From: a virus
Taxonomy: Duplodnaviria > Caudoviricetes
Virus record (IMG/VR): IMGVR_UViG_3300049485_000064
Span: 1 to 29,273 of that record
Length of the DNA stretch: 29,273 nt
Strand: one strand, 5' to 3'
Shown here one piece after another: positions 23,810 to 29,273 of this stretch. The first letter of the stretch is position 1; every line of letters starts with the position of its first letter. Both the position numbers and the translations under genes were made by a program. Below the pieces are notes generated by a model. That model searched no databases. It was not told the DNA's origin and saw nothing but the letters and a program-made list of their open reading frames with translations.

Positions 23810-24948
23810 AAGATTGCGTCGGCTGCCCATCCTCAGTTGTAAACACCGGCTTTGCTATGGGTGAAGGCCCCACCACAGCCCCTATCATGTTTATTGGCGA
23901 AGCTTTGGGTGAACAAGAAGTAAACGAAGGCCGACCCTTCGTAGGTGGCACAGGCAAAATGCTTCGTATGATGCTCCATCAAGCCGGTATCACCGAAGGT
24001 ATGCGTTACATAACCAACGTAGTTAAGTGCCGACCGCCAGGCAACCGCACTCCTACACCCACCGAAATAGACCACTGTACCATGCGATATCTAAACAAGG
24101 AGCTAGCTTATGTCAAACCTAGAGTGGTTGTACCCGTGGGTGATATTGCCCTTCGCTTTATTGCCCCTGGTACTCACACTGGCATTGTGGCTTCTAGAGG
24201 GTACACTTTCCACCAGCCAGAAAGAGTGGTCATTCCTATTGTACATCCTAGTTTTGTTGCTCGTGGTAATCCTCATTATTGGGCTATCACTATTGCAGAC
24301 CTTCTAAAAATAAAAGACGCCGCGCTCGGCAAATCCAGACCACACCCAGAAGAACGTTTCATAATACGCCCAACAATAGATCAAGTCGAAGAAGCTCTAG
24401 ATAAAATAAAACGCGGCAGGTTGCGCTTCACATTCGACCTCGAAACAATTGGCGAACGCGAGACCCTCAACATCATGTGCATAGGTTTTGCTTGGTCTGA
24501 ATCAGATGCAATCTGCATCCCACTACTAACACGAGGTGGCCATGTATACTGGAAGTCCCCTGCCCAAGAGGAAGAAGTTTGGCGTCTTATGTGCGAGCTA
24601 TTTGATTCTGACATTGACTGTGTTGGTCAGAATATTTTCACATTCGATATTCCCAAGCTCTTGGAATTGGGTGTTAGATTCCGCCGAACTAATAGTCTTG
24701 GTAATTCTCGGGCTCACGATACTCTTATACGACACCACAATATAGCAACTGAGTTGCCTCACTCGTTGGCTTTTCTAGGTAGTATCTATACAGATATCCC
24801 ACACTACAAGCTAATGGTTAAAGGTGCAGGCGGCATGATGTGGGCGCCTGATGAGATCATGTGGACTTACAACTGCCGGGATTGCATCACTACATACATA
24901 GCAGATGTGCATATAACTAGAGAGATGATAGAAGGAGGGTTGGCATGA
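23800..24948 (+). CDS. Family-4 uracil-DNA glycosylase-like domain fused to 3'-5' exonuclease (N-terminal half of SPO1-type DNA polymerase)
   Basis: GEALG..E...GRPFVG..G, TNVVKCRPP.NR.P, HPS. ExoI FDLET, ExoII QN..FDI, ExoIII YN..D. Confidence 0.9.
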   Translation: MPIKDCVGCPSSVVNTGFAMGEGPTTAPIMFIGEALGEQEVNEGRPFVGGTGKMLRMMLHQAGITEGMRYITNVVKCRPPGNRTPTPTEIDHCTMRYLNKELAYVKPRVVVPVGDIALRFIAPGTHTGIVASRGYTFHQPERVVIPIVHPSFVARGNPHYWAITIADLLKIKDAALGKSRPHPEERFIIRPTIDQVEEALDKIKRGRLRFTFDLETIGERETLNIMCIGFAWSESDAICIPLLTRGGHVYWKSPAQEEEVWRLMCELFDSDIDCVGQNIFTFDIPKLLELGVRFRRTNSLGNSRAHDTLIRHHNIATELPHSLAFLGSIYTDIPHYKLMVKGAGGMMWAPDEIMWTYNCRDCITTYIADVHITREMIEGGLA

Positions 24949-25427
24949 CGAGCTTGTTATTACTATGCATCGTGAACTTTACGACCTTCAGCCTTGGCCA
25001 TCTTGAAGCCGCGAGTCGAACCTGCGCCATTGCGGAGTCAGAGGAGGAGGCCGCGTGGACGGTGTACGCACAACACCGATATGGCTATCCTGAGCAGTTA
25101 AAGTCCTCCGTACCTAGTGTAACGCTCTATCGACTTGATACGCTCACCATGACGCTGACAGAAATTCCACTCAAAATTGTGGAGGTGAAGGAACAACTGG
25201 AGCAGAATAAACGAGCCGGGGTACGAGTCACGGAGCTTGGGACGCTGCCCTCTATTGGTGTGACGGATCTAGACGTGGCGTGTCTCGGCAAGATGGAAAA
25301 CGCTATGCGAATCATGGACCCGTTCCTCGACCCACATGATAGTGGACTATCAGTTGAATGGCTCTCGCCTGTCACACGAGAACGCTTTCTGGTGTGGCAA
25401 TCAGTCAAGCGCGAGTGCTGGAAATAA
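24945..25427 (+). CDS. Hypothetical protein inserted between the polymerase halves
   Basis: 160 aa, ATGA overlap with GGAGG RBS, hydrophobic N-terminus, and more G/C-ending codons than its flanks. Confidence 0.7.
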   Translation: MTSLLLLCIVNFTTFSLGHLEAASRTCAIAESEEEAAWTVYAQHRYGYPEQLKSSVPSVTLYRLDTLTMTLTEIPLKIVEVKEQLEQNKRAGVRVTELGTLPSIGVTDLDVACLGKMENAMRIMDPFLDPHDSGLSVEWLSPVTRERFLVWQSVKRECWK

Positions 25428-25429
25428 CC

Positions 25430-26650
25430 ATGCCCTACTATGACGAAGTAGTCCAACATCTTCAATGGGCGGTTATGGATATCCAGATGGCTGGTATCCT
25501 GGTTGATCTCAATAAGTGTTCAGAGCTTATAGCCAAAGCAGAAGCTCAACGCGCGCAGCACCGAGAAACCCTCACTAGATGCTTCGGCTACGACTTCAAC
25601 CCGGCATCTCCTAAACAAGTAATCGAGGTATTCAAACAAGACCTTGGCATCCCAGTTGACGACTCCAACGCCATCACTCTCCTAAACACCATCATCAAAC
25701 ACCCAACCAAACCAATTGTTGAAGGTATCATAGAACACCGGGAGATGACCAAGGTAATAGGTACCTACCTAAAACCCAAAGTCTGGCCTGACCACCGACT
25801 GCGCAGTAGCCTACGAACCTATGGCACATTAACCTGGCGTCTGTCAAGCAAAGAACCCGACTTGCAGAATCAGCCCAGGGGAGAGGTACAAGGAATAAAT
25901 GTCAAAGACATATACATGGCACCCCCAGGCTATGTGCTTCTTGAACTCGATTACTCAGCACTTGAGGACCGTATCCCCGCTTACGCTTCAAGATGTACTA
26001 AGCTCATTAACATGTTTCAGAACGGTGAAAATACCCATCTCTACCGAGCAAGGCTCATTTTTAATAAACCTATCACTAATAAAAAAGACTTCCCAACAGA
26101 ATACGATTTCGCCAAGCGACTTCGTTATTCGCGTGGGTATGGAGCCAGCGTGCGGACCGTCTGCCTCAAGATGCTTGAAGATACCCATGAGTGGCATGCA
26201 GAAGAAGAAATAGCTCCCATGCTTAAAGCTATGGACGATGACGTTCCTGAGATCATGGCCTGGCATAATAAATGTTGGGCCGATGCAGAGCGTACTGGTC
26301 TACTATATGACGGCTTCGGCGTACCTCGCACTTTGTTTGAACCTCCAGGACGTAGACGCCAAGTAGCCTACAGCAGCCCAACCCAAACCACTGCTAGCGG
26401 GATAATGAACCGGGCCACAGTGAGAGCCTACTTGAACCGAGACAAGTTCCACCCTGACACACGTATCATATGCCAAGTACATGATTCGTTATTACTTGAA
26501 GTACGAGAGGATCTCGTTGAGGAGGAAGCATGGAAGATGAAGGGTTATATGGAAGTACCAGTTACCATATTCGACCAGGTAGTAAAGTTTCCAGTGGAAG
26601 CGAAATGGGGGAAGAGATGGGGGCAGATGAAAGAACTAAAGCTGAACTAG
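25430..26650 (+). CDS. polA: Family A DNA polymerase, polymerase domain
   Basis: GI.VD, FNPASPKQV, T.T.RLSS..P.LQN.P, motif A DYSALE.R, motif B AK...Y...YG, motif C VHDS. Likely start MPYY at 25430. Confidence 0.92.
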   Translation: MPYYDEVVQHLQWAVMDIQMAGILVDLNKCSELIAKAEAQRAQHRETLTRCFGYDFNPASPKQVIEVFKQDLGIPVDDSNAITLLNTIIKHPTKPIVEGIIEHREMTKVIGTYLKPKVWPDHRLRSSLRTYGTLTWRLSSKEPDLQNQPRGEVQGINVKDIYMAPPGYVLLELDYSALEDRIPAYASRCTKLINMFQNGENTHLYRARLIFNKPITNKKDFPTEYDFAKRLRYSRGYGASVRTVCLKMLEDTHEWHAEEEIAPMLKAMDDDVPEIMAWHNKCWADAERTGLLYDGFGVPRTLFEPPGRRRQVAYSSPTQTTASGIMNRATVRAYLNRDKFHPDTRIICQVHDSLLLEVREDLVEEEAWKMKGYMEVPVTIFDQVVKFPVEAKWGKRWGQMKELKLN

Positions 26651-26967
26651 ACCTTAGTAATGTTCTATTCACTCTATTAGAGGCTAGAGGTATAGTATTA
26701 GATACTAAAGACGTGACGACCCTTGAATTTTTTCTAAAGGAACTGGTTCCTATAATTTTTCTGCGGGAGAAAGGTTATCATGATCTTTTTAATTCTCTTC
26801 TAGAAGGAGACTTCCATCTTGAGTCTGATAGAAGCATAGAAGCACTGGGACGTACAAGGCGCAAAAGTCTATTCATTCCAATGTACTCTATCAAACGCAT
26901 CAAAGGTTCTGTAATAATCGAAAGGTCCATAGAACGAGATGGCTATATCATCAGACGAACGCCTTAA
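26605..26967 (+). CDS. Hypothetical protein
   Basis: Fills the gap between polymerase and helicase. Start uncertain (26530 to about 26617). Confidence 0.55.
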   Translation: MGEEMGADERTKAELDLSNVLFTLLEARGIVLDTKDVTTLEFFLKELVPIIFLREKGYHDLFNSLLEGDFHLESDRSIEALGRTRRKSLFIPMYSIKRIKGSVIIERSIERDGYIIRRTP

Positions 26968-28366
26968 TGAAGTCTATGCCATAATCGACTCTATAGATGA
27001 CTCAGCTCCGGCCTCTGTAAGACAGGAAGTTTTCAACTTCATCCGTAAATGGTGGACTGAGGTCGGTGAGTCTGTAGAACTTCGCAATCGGGTTTGTACG
27101 AAGCTAAGGATTGGTCCGGCCCAATTCAACATGCTTCTTATGAACCCTAGCCTAGCCTTTGGAGCCGAGACTTTACACAAAAGTCTAAAGCCTGGCTGGT
27201 TAAAGGACTATCTAGACTATACCTCAGGCCATGAAGCACCTGAGGATTTTCATGTCTGGGTTGGTCTAACCATCATAGGCGCGGCCATACGCCGGAGGGC
27301 TTGGATAGATAATGTCTATCATAAGTTCTATCCAAACCTCTATACCATACTTATCTCCCCTCCCGGCATCGGCAAAAAAACTACTGCTATAAACATCGGC
27401 GCAGACATCCTACGCGAAGCTGTCCCAGAATGCCGAATTATTAGTGAGAAGTGCACACCAGAAGCTCTAGCCAAACGCTTATCCAAACCTATGGAAATCC
27501 ACAAAGAATCCGGCGGCTTGAAAATAGAAGCTCGTGCTGAAGGAATAATTCTAGCACCTGAATTAACGGTATTCCTAGGCTCTGAGCAATACAACTCCGG
27601 CCTAATCATGTTCCTCACCCGTCTGTATGATTGTTCAAAGGTACTCGAAATAGATACCATCTCCCGTGGTACAGAGAAACTCAAGGAAGTTTGTGTCTCC
27701 CTCCTAGGTGCAACCACCCCAAGCGAAATCGACCGAGCTATACCATCATCTGCTAGAGGCGGCGGTTTCATGTCTCGTTTATGCTTGGTTCAAAAAGACT
27801 CTACCTCCCGTATCGTAGCTAAGGCAGTAAAAACAGACCCTACCATACGCGAACTGTTAGTGATCCAGCTGGGTAGAATCTATAACGAATGTGTTGGTGA
27901 GTTTAAACTAACCGATGAAGCCGATAAATGGTATGAAGAATACTACAAGCGGCACCATGAGGTCGTAGCAGCAGGCAATACTGTAATGTCTATTGAACGG
28001 CAGCCAGATCACCTCAAGAAGATAGCCATGATCCTTAGCGCAGCCGAACATTGTGGAATGAGCATAACCGAGGACCATCTCCAACGTGCATTCAACATCA
28101 TAGAAATCGCCGCACAGAATTGTGGAGATATTCTAAAAATGATCGACACATCAGAGCGTGGTAAGATGACCCAGCTTGTGTTGAATATAATCTCCCAAGC
28201 CGGTGGCATGTGTGGGAGAAGTTTTATCTGTCGCAAGGTCTACCGTCACATGAACGGCGCGGAGTTAGATATGTGCCTTAGGACTCTTGAAGAGGCCGGT
28301 TTGGTGGCACCTTTTAGAAATGAGAAAAAACAATTTTATAAATTAGTAAAATTGGAGGAGTCATGA
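26939..28366 (+). CDS. DUF3987/YfjI-like replicative helicase with C-terminal winged helix
   Basis: AP..FH.W.....PNLY..L..PPG.GKKTT, TPEAL, L..LYD, LLGATTP, GGF.SR, and a wHTH-like end (ELD..L.TL.EAG.V). Confidence 0.8.
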   Translation: MAISSDERLNEVYAIIDSIDDSAPASVRQEVFNFIRKWWTEVGESVELRNRVCTKLRIGPAQFNMLLMNPSLAFGAETLHKSLKPGWLKDYLDYTSGHEAPEDFHVWVGLTIIGAAIRRRAWIDNVYHKFYPNLYTILISPPGIGKKTTAINIGADILREAVPECRIISEKCTPEALAKRLSKPMEIHKESGGLKIEARAEGIILAPELTVFLGSEQYNSGLIMFLTRLYDCSKVLEIDTISRGTEKLKEVCVSLLGATTPSEIDRAIPSSARGGGFMSRLCLVQKDSTSRIVAKAVKTDPTIRELLVIQLGRIYNECVGEFKLTDEADKWYEEYYKRHHEVVAAGNTVMSIERQPDHLKKIAMILSAAEHCGMSITEDHLQRAFNIIEIAAQNCGDILKMIDTSERGKMTQLVLNIISQAGGMCGRSFICRKVYRHMNGAELDMCLRTLEEAGLVAPFRNEKKQFYKLVKLEES

Positions 28367-28388
28367 AAACAAGTCGAGGAGGAACGAG

Positions 28389-28727
28389 ATGCTCACACAG
28401 AAAAACTTAGACCATATCGCAAAGAGTCTGGGACACGAGACGATGAAGGAATGCTTGACAGAGTTATATCAAAAGAAATCACTGAGCTTAGAGAAATGTT
28501 CAGATATATTGGATCTGACTCCCTACATCGTAAAAAAATTGATCGCATGTTATGGTATATCAAAGATGCCACATCAGTTAGCGAAGCTCTCTATCACATT
28601 GACAGAATTAAAAAAGAATACTTTGGGCCAGACCGCTCTAAAGCACGGAGTGAGTCGTTCCACGGTCTGGCGCCTAAAGCAAAAACTGATTTCTAAGAAG
28701 CCGGTTGTTCCCGACGAAGGACCTTAG
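28389..28727 (+). CDS. HTH DNA-binding protein
   Basis: Two HTH-like segments (LSLEKCSDILDLTPYIVKK and TLGQTALKHGVSRSTVWRLK). GAGGAGG RBS. Confidence 0.7.
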   Translation: MLTQKNLDHIAKSLGHETMKECLTELYQKKSLSLEKCSDILDLTPYIVKKLIACYGISKMPHQLAKLSITLTELKKNTLGQTALKHGVSRSTVWRLKQKLISKKPVVPDEGP

Positions 28728-29271
28728 GCAAATGTTTATACTGCCTTTCCACCAAGGTCTCATTTTGCCGTCTTTGCTCATTGCGGATGCGCTTGCTCTT
28801 GCCGCCGAGTTCGGCAAACTTCTGATAATCTGCAGCACTGGCATTACCACCAGCAATACGTCTAGTAAGCCGTCCAAGCTCACCTTCTCGATAAGCTTCC
28901 TTATTAACATTTCTCTGATACAACCTACTCTCAGCAGCTTCCTTAGTTGGAGTAATCCCAATACCATGCAACACTCGATCCTTAGGAGATAACTCATAGG
29001 AAGGTTTATCCATCCTACCCATAACCTTGCCCTTCTCCCACCCTCTTGTAACCGCTATAACATTCCTAATAGAATTAGGCAACATATCCAGCACAGCTTC
29101 TCCATACTCGCCATTAGCCACGTCTGCTATAGTGGTGGCAAACCTTCCAATAACCGGCCCACTCCAACCTCTAAGATCGTTTGGAAAAATCTCAGGTATC
29201 CCGGCTCTCTTGGAAATATCCACCCCAGCCAGTGAGAACAAACCAGTAGAAATCGCCGGAGGTAAGTTCTT
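28693..29271 (-). CDS. C-terminal part of a large convergent gene (5'-partial), probably the last gene of the virion arm / internal virion protein
   Basis: The frame stays open to the right edge. Helical Gly/Ala/Arg-rich sequence resembling the C-termini of large ejection proteins. Confidence 0.6.
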   Translation of the reverse strand, partial: KNLPPAISTGLFSLAGVDISKRAGIPEIFPNDLRGWSGPVIGRFATTIADVANGEYGEAVLDMLPNSIRNVIAVTRGWEKGKVMGRMDKPSYELSPKDRVLHGIGITPTKEAAESRLYQRNVNKEAYREGELGRLTRRIAGGNASAADYQKFAELGGKSKRIRNEQRRQNETLVERQYKHLPKVLRREQPAS

Positions 29272-29273
29272 CT

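Noticed and set aside
12760-28236. Minus-strand ORFs over the early/replication arm, including the FAFAFF ORF 12760..12966
   Set aside because: Antisense shadows. The FAF repeat is just the reverse of the SEE repeat.
1-29273. Alternative genetic code (stop readthrough) as the cause of the split genes
   Set aside because: TAA, TAG and TGA all end well-defined genes with normal coupling, and the split halves are not simply in-frame across one stop.

Overview
A 29.3-kb piece of a tailed dsDNA bacteriophage (Caudoviricetes) with two divergent arms. The minus-strand arm (12.2 kb to the left edge) is the packaging/virion module: small terminase-like gene, large terminase, portal, head accessory and collagen-like genes, scaffold, major capsid, and a partial fibre-like gene. 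The plus-strand arm (12.5-28.7 kb) has small early genes, a J-domain protein, a vWA protein, a PD-(D/E)XK nuclease/Sak4-like ATPase/SSB recombination trio, nucleotide-metabolism genes, a ParB-methyltransferase fusion, an SPO1-type UDG-exonuclease plus family A polymerase, and a DUF3987-like helicase. It meets the 3' end of a convergent gene at the right edge. No integrase, tRNA or CRISPR array was seen. Unusual points: (1) three essential genes are broken. TerL is split into ATPase and nuclease genes and PolA into UDG-exo and polymerase genes, each with a small ORF between the halves, and the portal has a +1 frame break just after a CxxC..CxxC insert. (2) The fibre-like gene, absent from the ORF track, has a Sec signal peptide and five local Cys pairs. 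(3) The control region holds convergent TTCTAC repeats, at least five perfect IHF sites, and a consensus sigma54 promoter in tandem with a sigma70 promoter. (4) A palindrome GGCAAWTTTGCC recurs in four intergenic sites, two of them just after a pair of paralogous small genes. All family calls come from motif recognition by eye, not from database searches.
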